A DNA stretch of 64,000 nucleotides, from the NCBI GenBank assembly GCA_963693055.1, contig OY843751.1, positions 1,632,001-1,696,000 of the forward strand, given 5' to 3'. This stretch comes from a bacterium. GTDB lineage: Bacteria > Zhuqueibacterota > Zhuqueibacteria > Residuimicrobiales > Krinioviventaceae. Under the pieces are notes generated by a model that had not been told where the DNA came from, made no database searches, and saw nothing but the letters and a program-made list of their open reading frames with translations. Position 1 is the stretch's first letter. Each line of letters opens with the position of its first letter. Shown piece by piece: positions 49,781-60,605 of this stretch. A program made the translations under genes and the position numbers.

Positions 49781-49856
49781 TAGACCTTCAAGTCCTTGTA
49801 ATGTTGCATACGAAATTTAAAAAAAATGTGCAACCTTTTTTTTTGTTTTCTGTCTG
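49781..49856. promoter_or_regulatory. Back-to-back ECF promoters TGCAAC-N17-GTCT
   Basis: Minus strand 49808-49782 and plus strand 49829-49855, same motif and spacing. Confidence 0.7.
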
Positions 49857-49898
49857 ATATTTATAGAAGGAACAAAGTTTAATAAAAGGAGAATAATC

Positions 49899-50273
49899 AT
49901 GGGAATTCTGGTACCTATAGTTTTATTTGTTGTGATCGGATGGATTATAAAAATTTTATCTGACAATAATGTGAAACGTTTGATGATCACCCAGGGCAAA
50001 CTGGATGAAAATGCCAAATATCTCTATATTGACAAGCTTGAGCGTTATGTGCCTACTTCATTAAAATGGGGAATGGTAATGATAGCGTTGGGGCTGGCAA
50101 TATTTATAGGCAAGATTGTTGATGCTATGAATATTACCGGTTTTGGTCGTAATGATGAAGAGGCGTTGATCTTTTCTCTCATGTTTATCTTTGGCGGTAC
50201 TGCTTTGATTATTTATTATGTTATTGCCAGTAAAATGGCTAAAAAGGCAGAAGAGGAAGATAACGCAAAATGA
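49899..50273 (+). CDS. Membrane protein, DUF6249-like, divergent from the ECF sigma
   Basis: AGGAG RBS; SLKWGMV..GL; three TM segments. Confidence 0.75.
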   Translation: MGILVPIVLFVVIGWIIKILSDNNVKRLMITQGKLDENAKYLYIDKLERYVPTSLKWGMVMIALGLAIFIGKIVDAMNITGFGRNDEEALIFSLMFIFGGTALIIYYVIASKMAKKAEEEDNAK

Positions 50274-50292
50274 AATTTATTAAATATTTTTT

Positions 50293-50331
50293 AAAAAAAG
50301 AGATGGAGTAACTGTTCCATCTCTTTTTTTT
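50293..50331. terminator. Intrinsic terminator
   Basis: A7-GAGATGGA / TCCATCTC-T8. Confidence 0.8.
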
Positions 50332-50412
50332 ATGCTCAAACTATAGGTTAGTTCTTGATTTATGTGAAAAAAGTTTGTATATATTATGTTTATATAAATT
50401 ACAGGATTAATT

Positions 50413-51270
50413 ATGGATAAAGTATCTGCGATTTTATTGATTTCATGTCCCGATCAAAAGGGGATTGTTGCGGCAGTTTCACGGTTTTTGTACGAAAATA
50501 ATGGCAACGTAGTACGATTAGACCAGCATGTGGATTTTGAAGAAAATATATTTCTTTCCCGAATTGAATGGGAAATGGAAGGCTTTGCAATTCCCCGGGA
50601 AAAGATTAAAGACAGTATTGAAGAGCTGGCTTTGTCTTTTAATATGAAATGGGAATTGAAATTCTCTGACTATAAACCCAAAGTTGCTATTTTTGTATCA
50701 AAGTTGAATCACTGCCTGTACGATGTATTGTCCCGTTACCAGGCAGGAGAGTGGAATATTGATATTCCACTGGTTATCAGTAACCACCCAGATGCGGATC
50801 ATATTGTCAAGAAATTTGGTATCAATTATTTTCGTTTTCCTGTTACTGCGGAAAACAAGGCAGAATTGGAACAAAAGCAGATTGAATTACTGCAGGCACA
50901 TGATATTGATTTTATCATTCTTGCCCGTTATATGCAAATTTTATCACCGGAATTTGTAGATACTTTTCCTAATCAGATCATAAATATACATCATTCATTT
51001 TTACCTGCATTCCCCGGTGCAAAACCTTATCATTCAGCATATAAGCGAGGCGTCAAGATCATTGGAGCCACCAGTCATTATGTAACATCGGAGCTTGATG
51101 GCGGGCCGATTATTGAACAAGATACCATACGCGTTACTCATCAGCATACTATATCTGATTTTGTTCGCAAAGGAAGAGATCTTGAAAAAGTTGTACTAGC
51201 CCGGGCAATTTGGCTGCATATTCAAAACAAAGTATTGGTTTATAAAAACAAAACAGTTGTATTTGACTGA
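50413..51270 (+). CDS. purU: Formyltetrahydrofolate deformylase
   Basis: ACT domain CPDQKGIVA; LARYMQIL, INIHHSFLPAF.GAKPY, LDGGPII. Confidence 0.96.
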   Translation: MDKVSAILLISCPDQKGIVAAVSRFLYENNGNVVRLDQHVDFEENIFLSRIEWEMEGFAIPREKIKDSIEELALSFNMKWELKFSDYKPKVAIFVSKLNHCLYDVLSRYQAGEWNIDIPLVISNHPDADHIVKKFGINYFRFPVTAENKAELEQKQIELLQAHDIDFIILARYMQILSPEFVDTFPNQIINIHHSFLPAFPGAKPYHSAYKRGVKIIGATSHYVTSELDGGPIIEQDTIRVTHQHTISDFVRKGRDLEKVVLARAIWLHIQNKVLVYKNKTVVFD

Positions 51271-51278
51271 GGTTAACC

Positions 51279-52409
51279 ATGAAACATATAGTAGTGTTAG
51301 GAGCGGGTCTGGTAGGCAGAGTTATTGCCATTGATCTTGCAAAAAAAAGTCAGGTTACCGTAGCAGATAAAGATGCAGATCGTCTTGCTGATTTGAATGC
51401 ATATGAAAGTATTACTACGGTTTATACAGATTTGTCGTTTCAGAACCAAATACAGCCCCTTATAATGGATGCTGATATTGTTGTGAACGCATTACCGGGA
51501 TTTATGGGGTATGAAACGCTAAAAACAATCATTCAAACGGGCAAAGATGTGGTCGATATATCTTTTTTCCCTCAAGATGCATTAGAACTGGATGAATTGG
51601 CCAGGCAACACAATGTTACAGCAATTGTAGACTGTGGAGTAGCCCCAGGATTGGGCAATTTGCTTCTAGGACATCATGCCGAAACCATGAAGATAGACAG
51701 CTTTGTATGCTATGTGGGAGGTTTGCCCATTGAAAGAACATGGCCCTATGAATACAAGGCGCCTTTTTCTCCGGTTGATGTAATTGAAGAATATATCCGT
51801 CCGGCAAGACTGGTTGAAAATTGCAAACTGGTTGAACGACAGGCTTTGTCAGAACCCGAGCTGATTGATTTTGGCGAGTTGGGAACCCTGGAAGCATTCA
51901 ATACTGACGGACTTCGCAGTCTTGTCAAGACAATGAATATACCCAATATGAAAGAGAAAACGCTCCGGTATCCCGGGCATATTGAATTAATGCGCGTATT
52001 AAGGGAAACCGGTTTTTTTAGTCAGAATCCTGTGCAAGTTGGTAAAGCTGAAATCAGTCCTCTTGATTTAACCACAAAATTGCTATTACCCAAATGGGAA
52101 TTAAAGCGTGGTGAAAAAGAATTTACAATTATGAAAATCATCATCAAAGGCAAAGAGCAGGGTAAATTGAAAAATATTGAATACCTGTTGTACGATGAAT
52201 ATGATGTTGAAACTGAAACCCATTCTATGGCAAGAACGACTGGATACACCTGTACTGCTGCAGTATCCTTGTTGATTGATGGCAACTATAAAGAAAAAGG
52301 TGTATTGCCTCCGGAATTGTTGGCAAAAGATAAGGACGCTGTATCACAAATGTTAAATTATTTAAAAGAACGAAAAATTGAACTGCAAAGAAAAGAATTA
52401 GAAAACTGA
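51279..52409 (+). CDS. Saccharopine/lysine dehydrogenase-family protein
   Basis: GAGLVG, DCGVAPG, EAFNTDGLRSL, EKTLRYPGH, MARTTG. Confidence 0.88.
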   Translation: MKHIVVLGAGLVGRVIAIDLAKKSQVTVADKDADRLADLNAYESITTVYTDLSFQNQIQPLIMDADIVVNALPGFMGYETLKTIIQTGKDVVDISFFPQDALELDELARQHNVTAIVDCGVAPGLGNLLLGHHAETMKIDSFVCYVGGLPIERTWPYEYKAPFSPVDVIEEYIRPARLVENCKLVERQALSEPELIDFGELGTLEAFNTDGLRSLVKTMNIPNMKEKTLRYPGHIELMRVLRETGFFSQNPVQVGKAEISPLDLTTKLLLPKWELKRGEKEFTIMKIIIKGKEQGKLKNIEYLLYDEYDVETETHSMARTTGYTCTAAVSLLIDGNYKEKGVLPPELLAKDKDAVSQMLNYLKERKIELQRKELEN

Positions 52410-52413
52410 AATT

Positions 52414-53049
52414 ATGGCAAAGAATAAATTGTTCCGATATGCAGAACTACCCACGCTAACAAATGTTATTAACAAACCCGAGGTCTATAAAAATCATTGG
52501 GCTTCAGGTTATTTTAAAAATTCAAAACCTATTGTTGTTGAATTGGGGAGTGGCAAAGCTGAATATACGCTGGGTTTAGCAGAAAGAGATCCTGATAAAA
52601 ACTTTATTGCTATTGATGTTAAAGGTGCCCGGTTATGGGTGGGCGCCAAAAGTGCGATAGAGCAAGAACTTTATAACACCGCATTTGTAAGAATGTATAT
52701 AGAAAAATTGACCGATGTTTTTGGTGAAAATGAATTGGATGAAATATGGATACCGTTTGCGGATCCATTTTCTAAAAAACCAAATCGTCGTTTGGTTTCA
52801 CCCATGTTTCTTGAACGATATAGGCCCTTGTTGAAAGACGATGCCAGAATTCATTTCAAAACGGATGATACAGATTATTATGAATATGCATTAACCGTGC
52901 TTGAAGAGAAAAAATGTACAATACATCACAACAACTCTGATATTTATACGGTACAGGAACCCGATGAGTCGGTATATATACAGACAACATACGAATTAAA
53001 ACATCTTGCACTTGGTAAAACTATAAAGTATATTTGCTTTAGTCTTTAA
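52414..53049 (+). CDS. trmB: tRNA (guanine-N7)-methyltransferase
   Basis: VELGSGK.EY, D.KGARL, F.DP, RRL, FKTD, T.YE. Confidence 0.92.
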   Translation: MAKNKLFRYAELPTLTNVINKPEVYKNHWASGYFKNSKPIVVELGSGKAEYTLGLAERDPDKNFIAIDVKGARLWVGAKSAIEQELYNTAFVRMYIEKLTDVFGENELDEIWIPFADPFSKKPNRRLVSPMFLERYRPLLKDDARIHFKTDDTDYYEYALTVLEEKKCTIHHNNSDIYTVQEPDESVYIQTTYELKHLALGKTIKYICFSL

Positions 53050-53094
53050 AATACGCTATTATATAATATTTGGGCAATTTGGGACACACCAAAA

Positions 53095-53820
53095 ATGGAT
53101 CAGGAATCCAAATCTACAATACCAGAAAATACTATAGAAACACTTGCCAAAAGTTTTTATAAAGAATCTTCGGGATATGGTTTCAAGCAGGTTGATTATT
53201 TAAAATTTGTAAACAATTTGCTTGATATTGCAATGAAGAATCAAAATAACGGACAGATTGTATCTGAACCCGTAAAAACCTGGTTACAGGCAAATGGGAC
53301 CGAACCCGAACGTTTTCCTCTTTGTGGTACCCGACTTTTTATCAGAAAAGCAGCACCGTTGGATGATAAAGCGGTATTGGAAAAATGGTTAAGTGACAGA
53401 TTTGGAAGATTTTTCCTGTTATCCCGGGTTACGGCCCAATTTATGAGCCTGGATGAGATGTTGTATGATGAGAAAAATCATATAGGTATAATCACGCTTT
53501 TGGATGGTACATCAATTGGGGCATTGGCGTTTCTGAATTATGATGGAAAGCAAAAAAAAGCTGAATTGCGTAAAATAATAGGTGAAACCGAGTTTAGGGG
53601 AAAGGGGTATGCTAAAGAGGCATCAAAACTCTGGTTACATTATGGATTAACTACTCTGGATTTACGCAAAGTGTATTTGAATACACTTGATACAAATATC
53701 AGAAATATTCGATTAAATGAAGAACTGGGTTTTAAAGTTGAAGGCATTCTAACAAATGAGATCATGATTGATGATGTTTATCATGATGTGTTGAGAATGG
53801 GGCTTCGGTTTAAAGTATGA
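53095..53820 (+). CDS. RimJ/L-type GNAT with an extra N-terminal helical domain
   Basis: AELRKIIGE..RGKGYA, N..N.RLNE.LGF..EG. Confidence 0.82.
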   Translation: MDQESKSTIPENTIETLAKSFYKESSGYGFKQVDYLKFVNNLLDIAMKNQNNGQIVSEPVKTWLQANGTEPERFPLCGTRLFIRKAAPLDDKAVLEKWLSDRFGRFFLLSRVTAQFMSLDEMLYDEKNHIGIITLLDGTSIGALAFLNYDGKQKKAELRKIIGETEFRGKGYAKEASKLWLHYGLTTLDLRKVYLNTLDTNIRNIRLNEELGFKVEGILTNEIMIDDVYHDVLRMGLRFKV

Positions 53821-53939
53821 AATTCTCTTGTACGGAAAAAAAGTTTTCAATTAACAAATAGTAAAATTTCAACTTGCTTATCTTGATTTATTATTTTATT
53901 ATAGATGACGCATTTTAGTATAATGATGGATATTCCAAT

Positions 53940-54260
53940 ATGATAAAACGATTGCTGATTTGCTACAATTGTGGTACTGAAGTAGAATTTGAAAGAAAGA
54001 TATTTAGACAGGCAACATGTCCGGAATGTGATTGTTATCTGCATTGTTGTTTAAATTGTGACAATCATGACCCTATGGCACCTCATGAATGCCGGGAATC
54101 TCAAGCCCAGTGGGCAAGAGATAAGGAAACTGCAAATTTTTGTGATTATTTTGAACCGGTTGAAGGAGCCAATCACAAAGTCAGCAGTGCAATGAAACGC
54201 CAGCAAGATGCCAAAAGTAAACTTGAAGCTTTATTCAAAAAAAACGATACTGAAGGGTAG
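53940..54260 (+). CDS. Cys-rich (zinc-binding) hypothetical protein
   Basis: CYNC, CPEC, CLNC, C...NFCDYF; C-terminal LEALFKK. Confidence 0.75.
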   Translation: MIKRLLICYNCGTEVEFERKIFRQATCPECDCYLHCCLNCDNHDPMAPHECRESQAQWARDKETANFCDYFEPVEGANHKVSSAMKRQQDAKSKLEALFKKNDTEG

Positions 54261-54290
54261 TGACAATAGGATTGCTAATTTTGAAATATT

Positions 54291-54306
54291 TGGCATAATT
54301 ATAGCA
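54291..54306 (+). promoter_or_regulatory. Putative sigma54 promoter of the hybrid kinase
   Basis: TGGCA-taatta-TAGCA; GG 54292 and GC 54304. Confidence 0.55.
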
Positions 54307-54395
54307 TTGTAATTATAAGTTAATAGTGCAGTTTTTTTCTAAATACAGAAAGATAACAGGTGATGAAATCACATGTGCAGTAATTGGGGAATTGT

Positions 54396-56324
54396 ATGAA
54401 TGAAAAAGCAAACATAATGGTTGTTGAAGACGAATTCATTGTGTCTATGGAGATACAAGATCGTTTGAAAGGTTTGGGCTATAGTATAGCTACAGCAGTT
54501 GCTTCTGGTGAAGAAGCAATCGAGATGGCTGAGAAAATTAAACCTGATCTTGTACTTATGGATATTATGTTAAAGGGTCAGATGGATGGAGTGGAAGCTG
54601 CGGAGATTATTCGTAACCAGTATGAATTACCTGTTATTTACTTGACTGCACACTCTGATGAGGCAACGCTTACGCGTGCTAAAATTTCCCAACCGTTTGG
54701 TTATCTTATAAAACCTTTTGATGAACGTGGTTTACATACTACAATTGAAATGGCATTGTATCGCCATGAAATGGAGAAAAAACTTAAACAGAGCGAACAA
54801 TGGCTTTCTACTGTATTAACAGGCATTGGAGATGCAGTAATAGCCACAGATGCAAGTTTATTAGTCAAGTTTATTAATCCTGTTGCTGCAACTATAATTG
54901 ATATTGACGAGAATGATGCGTTGGGCAAAAATATTAATTCAATCTTTAATCTCCAGTCTGATGATCTGGGTGAATTGAATAAACGCATTATTTCTGTTCT
55001 GGACAGTGGTAAAGTTGAGACATTTCCTTCAGATATTTATATTTATAATAATAATGGTGACCAGATACCTGTAGATTGCAGTGTTTCACCTATTCGTGAT
55101 GATAAAAACAATATTAATGGTATTGTGCTCGTTTTCAGAGATATTACTGACAAGATCAAGCTGGAAAAGCAATTAACCCAGGCACAGAAAATGGAAAGTA
55201 TTGGTATGATGGCTGGTGGAGTTGCGCATGATTTTAATAATATTCTGGCAGCAATATTAGGCTATGCTTCATTCATCAAGGTAAAAATACCCACAGATGA
55301 TCCGAATTTTAAATATGTTGAAACTATAGAACGCAGTGCCCAGCGTGGTGCTGAGCTGACTGCTCAGTTGTTAACATTTACCCGAGGTGGTAAACAGGAT
55401 ATTAAACCGGTCAATGTTAATAGTATTGTTAGGGAAACTGTTAAAATTATTTCAAGCACTTTTGACAAGGCAATTGGAATTGAAACCCGTTTGTTTGATG
55501 GTTTACCGTTTGTTCAGGCAGATGAAGTCCAGATGCAGCAATTGTTAATGAATCTGTGTGTCAATGCACGAGATGCCATGCCGCAGGGCGGAACATTATC
55601 CATTGAGACGGATATGATCATGATCCATGAGCGTGACACCACTTTTTACATGGGCGCCAAGGCTGGTAATTATGTCTCTTTGTCTATTACGGATACCGGT
55701 ATTGGTATGGACAAGGACACACTGGATAAAATATTTGATCCGTTCTTTACTACAAAAGAAAAAGGCAAGGGTACGGGTTTAGGGCTGTCTATGGTTTATG
55801 GTGTTGTTAAAAATCATGGCGGTTTTGAAAAAGTTAGCAGTGAGCCCGGCAAAGGTACAACTTTTAAAATTTATTTTCCGGCCGGTGATCATGTTGAACA
55901 GCAAGCAGAAAAACTCAAAAAAGCACCACAACATGGTGATGAAGTTATTCTTGTTGTTGACGATGAAGAACCCATACGCCTGTTTGTTAAAGATGTTTTG
56001 GAATCTTATGGATACACTGTAAAATTGGCTGAAAACGGAAATCAAGCCATTGATGTTTTTGAAAAAGAGCATAAAGATATAGATTTGGTCATTCTAGATA
56101 TGATTATGCCCAAGATGGGTGGTTTGCAGACTTATCTGAAATTGAAAATGATTAATCCCAAGGTTAGAGCATTTCTGTCTTCAGGATACAGTCCGGATGG
56201 CCAGGCGGGAGAGATCCTTCGCCGGGGTGTAAACGGATTTTTACAAAAACCTTATGAAATGAATGATCTGCTTATCAAGGTACGTGAAATTCTGGATATG
56301 GAACCCGAACATCTGGAAACCTGA
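54396..56324 (+). CDS. Cytoplasmic hybrid histidine kinase (REC-PAS-HisKA-HATPase-REC)
   Basis: VEDE/LMDI receiver, [24 protein letters not shown]-terminal receiver. Confidence 0.93.
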   Translation: MNEKANIMVVEDEFIVSMEIQDRLKGLGYSIATAVASGEEAIEMAEKIKPDLVLMDIMLKGQMDGVEAAEIIRNQYELPVIYLTAHSDEATLTRAKISQPFGYLIKPFDERGLHTTIEMALYRHEMEKKLKQSEQWLSTVLTGIGDAVIATDASLLVKFINPVAATIIDIDENDALGKNINSIFNLQSDDLGELNKRIISVLDSGKVETFPSDIYIYNNNGDQIPVDCSVSPIRDDKNNINGIVLVFRDITDKIKLEKQLTQAQKMESIGMMAGGVAHDFNNILAAILGYASFIKVKIPTDDPNFKYVETIERSAQRGAELTAQLLTFTRGGKQDIKPVNVNSIVRETVKIISSTFDKAIGIETRLFDGLPFVQADEVQMQQLLMNLCVNARDAMPQGGTLSIETDMIMIHERDTTFYMGAKAGNYVSLSITDTGIGMDKDTLDKIFDPFFTTKEKGKGTGLGLSMVYGVVKNHGGFEKVSSEPGKGTTFKIYFPAGDHVEQQAEKLKKAPQHGDEVILVVDDEEPIRLFVKDVLESYGYTVKLAENGNQAIDVFEKEHKDIDLVILDMIMPKMGGLQTYLKLKMINPKVRAFLSSGYSPDGQAGEILRRGVNGFLQKPYEMNDLLIKVREILDMEPEHLET

Positions 56325-56365
56325 ATGCAGGATTAATGCACCCCAATTTTATTATTTTTTATATT

Positions 56366-57331
56366 CTAACGAACCAGTTTATATTCAGCTGCCAGGCTAT
56401 ACGTTTTGGCAGCTTTTTCTTTTTTAGCAAATATGGAAAGATTATAAACTCCTTTTTGGGGCAATATCAGATAAATAATTAATGTGTTATTTTTGTGCAC
56501 AATGGTAATATTTTGATCAGATATGTCATTGTCGTTAAGGTTAAGACGGACCTTGCATTGTGCTTTATCTGGGATATAGAATCTCATAGTGTCCTGTTTG
56601 TGTGCTTGAAATGTGCATTCTTTATGGGTTAATGCCTGCATCCCCAGTTCAAAGAACGTCCACTTGACATATATGTTTTTTTCAAATTCATTCAGGGTTA
56701 CATTTTGTGGTAACAGTTGCCATTGCCGGTCTTGTGGGTAATGCGAGTAGATCAATTCATTAGGGGGTGTGAGAAAATAATAATCATTAAACTTTTGTAC
56801 ATATACTCCATTGTTCATGTATCCCGCACCCCATGTGGGATCAATCAGATGCCAGGTACTGTCAATTAGTACGGCAATCCATGCGTGATTTGTTGTTTTT
56901 CCCTCAAATAAAGCTCCCGGGGTGTAATTAACACCTTTGGCCCATCCATTAATCTCGACTACTTTTAATCCAATAATATCGGCAAGGCTTTTATACAAAC
57001 CTGCGTATCCACCACAAACCGCTTTTCGTGTTTTTAAAACATCATTTGCTGATACATTGCTACTCATATGTGATATTGTAGGGCTAATATCATATATGAT
57101 GTTTTCTGTCATCCATCTGTAAAGGACCCTGGCTTTTTCGGAATCGGATTTAGCTGTTTGGCCCAAATACATGGCCAATGATTGTATGCTGGTTTCAACT
57201 GAATCCGGAGTATTAAGTGCGATTACATCCATTTGGCTTGTGGAAGAATGGGGATTATTGTTATTGCGGGTGTATGGAGAACACGCAACAAACATGAACA
57301 GGGAAAGGATGGACAAGTATTTTTTTATCAT
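56366..57331 (-). CDS. Transglutaminase-like lipoprotein (CYK3/KY type)
   Basis: FVAC lipobox; VCGGYA, NHAW, IDPTW triad; HYP. Confidence 0.85.
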   Translation of the reverse strand: MIKKYLSILSLFMFVACSPYTRNNNNPHSSTSQMDVIALNTPDSVETSIQSLAMYLGQTAKSDSEKARVLYRWMTENIIYDISPTISHMSSNVSANDVLKTRKAVCGGYAGLYKSLADIIGLKVVEINGWAKGVNYTPGALFEGKTTNHAWIAVLIDSTWHLIDPTWGAGYMNNGVYVQKFNDYYFLTPPNELIYSHYPQDRQWQLLPQNVTLNEFEKNIYVKWTFFELGMQALTHKECTFQAHKQDTMRFYIPDKAQCKVRLNLNDNDISDQNITIVHKNNTLIIYLILPQKGVYNLSIFAKKEKAAKTYSLAAEYKLVR

Positions 57332-57432
57332 AGTATTCTTGATGTTTATTAACTTGAATTTATTGAAAAAAAGAGACATATTCAATTTGCAATAAATATA
57401 ACCATGAAATGGAGAGATTTATGTCTGGACGT

Positions 57433-58461
57433 ATGCAAAAAAGTATCATAATGTTAATTGTAATTTTTGCAGTATACTGTTTTGCCGGGAATGGAGAGAA
57501 AATTGTTATTGCGCATCGGGGTGCCAGCGGATATCTGCCGGAACATACTCTGGCTGCTAAAGCCATGGCTTATGCCATGAAAGCGGATTATCTGGAGCAG
57601 GACCTGGTTATGACCAAAGATAATCAACTGGTTGTGATGCATGACATAAATCTTGACCGCGTAACCAATGTGGAATCCGTATATCCGGCCAGAAAACGCC
57701 AGGATGGAAAATATTATGTGATTGACTTTACCCTGGCCGAGTTGGAAATGCTTTTAATGACTGAAAGCTTTGATGTTAAAGATGGGGTGAAAGAACAGAG
57801 CTATAAAGGGCGTTTTCCCATGATGACGTCAAATTTTAAAATACATACTTTTCAGGAAGAGATTGAATTGATTCAGGGCTTGAATAAAAGTACGGGGATG
57901 AATGTGGGAATCTATCCGGAAATCAAAAAGCCTGCATTTCATCTGGATGAGGGCAAAGATATCAGCAAGCACGTGCTAAAAGTTTTAAAACAGTATGGAT
58001 ATGTTAAAAAAACTGATCTGGTCTATTTACAATGTTTTGATCCGCGAGAAGTTAAACGCATCCATGACGAGTTGCTGCCCGAGTTTGGAATGGATGTTTC
58101 ATTAATCATGCTAATTGGGAATGCAGACCGGGATGAAAATGGTAAAGTTGAAAATAAATTGATTGCCTGGATGTATGAAAAAGGGGGAATGGACAAAATT
58201 GCAACTATTGCGGATGGTATTGGTCCTGATTATAATTTGATTATAGAATATGATAAAATTACAAACAAGATAGAATTGACGGATTGGGTTGAGCGGGCAC
58301 ATAAAGCAGGATTAAAGGTACATCCCTATACGATCCGTTCTGACAGATTGCCGGAATATGTAAATGGATTGGAGCCATTTGTAAAGCTGTTATATGAGAA
58401 AGCGGATGTAGATGGTGCGTTTACGGATTTTCCGGACAGAGTTGTTGAGATTGTAAAATAA
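57433..58461 (+). CDS. glpQ: Glycerophosphodiester phosphodiesterase
   Basis: IAHRGASGYLPEHT, LEQDL, YPEIK, VHPYT, FTDFPD; signal peptide. Confidence 0.94.
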   Translation: MQKSIIMLIVIFAVYCFAGNGEKIVIAHRGASGYLPEHTLAAKAMAYAMKADYLEQDLVMTKDNQLVVMHDINLDRVTNVESVYPARKRQDGKYYVIDFTLAELEMLLMTESFDVKDGVKEQSYKGRFPMMTSNFKIHTFQEEIELIQGLNKSTGMNVGIYPEIKKPAFHLDEGKDISKHVLKVLKQYGYVKKTDLVYLQCFDPREVKRIHDELLPEFGMDVSLIMLIGNADRDENGKVENKLIAWMYEKGGMDKIATIADGIGPDYNLIIEYDKITNKIELTDWVERAHKAGLKVHPYTIRSDRLPEYVNGLEPFVKLLYEKADVDGAFTDFPDRVVEIVK

Positions 58462-58472
58462 CGAATATATCA

Positions 58473-58502
58473 CATCCCGGAAGACCCTATACTTCCGGGA
58501 TG
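58473..58502. terminator. Hairpin between convergent genes
   Basis: CATCCCGGAAG / CTTCCGGGATG. Confidence 0.6.
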
Positions 58503-58515
58503 CTTGCTTTGGGGA

Positions 58516-59655
58516 TCAGGGAATAAACAACCCATCCGGTGAAAAGGATTCGAACCGGATCATGTCATACCTTTTTGTCTCTCCGTATTCATACAAAATA
58601 CCAATATTCCCATTGGGTAGCCGGGTTAAACAGGAATAGGCCGACGGACCCGCATGTACCAGTTTTGCAATTGTCCATGATTCGCAATCGTCAAAGCTAC
58701 ATTTGATGGTCATATGTGTACGCCCTTTGGGCACAGCGGGATTGGAGAACAATATCATGTTTTTCTCATTATACTCTTCAAAATTCAACAGAGATGCCTG
58801 ACAGCGGGATTCTGTCAGTTGATAATCGTGGGTGATTTTACTCCAGGTTTTTCCACCGTCCGTGCTTTTTGAAATTGCACGGCAGTATTCGTCGTTATAT
58901 GAACGCATATTCATGAGTAATGTACCGTCTGATAATTCAACGATCTGGCTCTCATTGCATCCGGGAGTGATGGGCTCGCTTTTGTTCCAGGTTTTACCAT
59001 GATCATCACTGTAAAGTACGTGTGAACCGTAACCGTAAGGACCATTACGAATCGTACCCTTGGGATCATCGTAGCTGTGGTTTGCGGGGATAACCAGCCG
59101 GTTTTTAAATTTTTCATGTTTCAATTGAATGCCAATACCAGGCCCGGTAGCATACCATCCCCATGAGGGATCTTTGAGCGTTTCTGTCATATCCACTGGT
59201 GTTGACCAGGTTTCGCCATCATCGTCAGAGTAACAAATGTATACACGACGGGTATCTGTTGATTCTTTACGGATGATTTTCCCTTCATCATCCTGGCCAA
59301 GGTTCCATGTCAGAAACAACCAGATTCTACCGGTTGTCTGGTCTATTACCGGACACGGATTGCCGCACGTATTGTTTTGATCATTCCAGACGATCGATTC
59401 ACTGCTCCAGTTGGCACCATTGTCAAAGGAGCGTTTGACCAGCATATCAATATCACCGGAATCACCACCCTCGCGACCTTCACAAAACGCCAATACCGTG
59501 CCCTGTGTGGTAACAATTATTGCCGGAATACGATAATTTTTGTAATTCCCTTGTCCATTCTGCCAAAGAATGCCGGATACTTTTTCGTTTGATGTACAGT
59601 TGCTAAAAAGCATTCCTGATAGTATCATCAGTATCCATAATGATATACGTTTCAT
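58516..59655 (-). CDS. nanH: Sialidase (GH33) lipoprotein
   Basis: YRIP motif, several Asp-boxes (S.D.G.TW), NES, AYS; signal peptide ending in Cys. Confidence 0.92.
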   Translation of the reverse strand: MKRISLWILMILSGMLFSNCTSNEKVSGILWQNGQGNYKNYRIPAIIVTTQGTVLAFCEGREGGDSGDIDMLVKRSFDNGANWSSESIVWNDQNNTCGNPCPVIDQTTGRIWLFLTWNLGQDDEGKIIRKESTDTRRVYICYSDDDGETWSTPVDMTETLKDPSWGWYATGPGIGIQLKHEKFKNRLVIPANHSYDDPKGTIRNGPYGYGSHVLYSDDHGKTWNKSEPITPGCNESQIVELSDGTLLMNMRSYNDEYCRAISKSTDGGKTWSKITHDYQLTESRCQASLLNFEEYNEKNMILFSNPAVPKGRTHMTIKCSFDDCESWTIAKLVHAGPSAYSCLTRLPNGNIGILYEYGETKRYDMIRFESFSPDGLFIP

Positions 59656-59668
59656 TATAAGCTCCAAA

Positions 59669-60583
59669 TTAGTTTATCCAATCAAAGAAACCTATTTTTT
59701 TCAAATCCATTTCAAAAGAGACCAATTCTCCCTGGCTGAGTGTTCGGTTAGGAAGTCGGTTCGATCCGCAACTCATTCCAATAATTTTCATCATTCCTTT
59801 TCCGCCTATCAATCCACCACCGTATTTTATCAATATCTTGACAAATTCAACAGACCTGCGTTGGTATTCTCTAGCAGTTTCAATATCTCCATCTTGAAAT
59901 GCTTTAATGATTTGGTTATACACAGGTGCCATATAGTTATATGTGCTGCCCACAGCTCCCTGTACACCGAAGGTTAAACCAGCAAGTAAAACTTCATCAT
60001 AGCCATGTAAAATGTCCCATTTGCCTTCATCCGCATACAGGCATTGGTACAATTCCATAAAATTATTATGTGTAAATTTGATACCCGCAAGATTGGGGAT
60101 AAACTCGGTGGCCTGATTCAAGAAATCGGGCATGCTTAACGCAACGCCGGAAATGGAGGGGATATGATAATAATAAAAGGGTAATTCGGGTGCAGCCAGT
60201 GCTATAAGGGTACAAAACGCTACAAGTTCATTGACGCTGGCGGGTTGGAGGAAAGGCGGTCCCATGGCAGCTATAGCCTGGGCGCCGCTTTCTGCCGCAT
60301 GCTCGGCCAGTTCACGGGATTGACTATAAGAAGTGCTGCCCACATGGACAATGACCTTGAAATTGTCTGTAGCATATTTACACCATTCTTCAGTTAATGC
60401 TTTTCTTTCTTCCAGGTTTAACAACATACCTTCGCCGCTGGTACCAGAAATAAAAACACCAATAACATTATCATTTTGCAACTTTTTTGCATATTGTTCA
60501 ATCATGTCGAGTTTTATCTCATCATTCTGGTTGAACGGTGTAAAGGGTGCTGCAATAAGCCCTTGGGTTTTGATGATTTTCAT
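59669..60583 (-). CDS. nanA: N-acetylneuraminate lyase (DapA family)
   Basis: GTSGEG, YYYHIP, GIKFT, GAVGSTYN; nan operon context. Confidence 0.9.
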   Translation of the reverse strand: MKIIKTQGLIAAPFTPFNQNDEIKLDMIEQYAKKLQNDNVIGVFISGTSGEGMLLNLEERKALTEEWCKYATDNFKVIVHVGSTSYSQSRELAEHAAESGAQAIAAMGPPFLQPASVNELVAFCTLIALAAPELPFYYYHIPSISGVALSMPDFLNQATEFIPNLAGIKFTHNNFMELYQCLYADEGKWDILHGYDEVLLAGLTFGVQGAVGSTYNYMAPVYNQIIKAFQDGDIETAREYQRRSVEFVKILIKYGGGLIGGKGMMKIIGMSCGSNRLPNRTLSQGELVSFEMDLKKIGFFDWIN

Positions 60584-60605
60584 AGATTCTCCAAATAAAC
60601 TGTAA

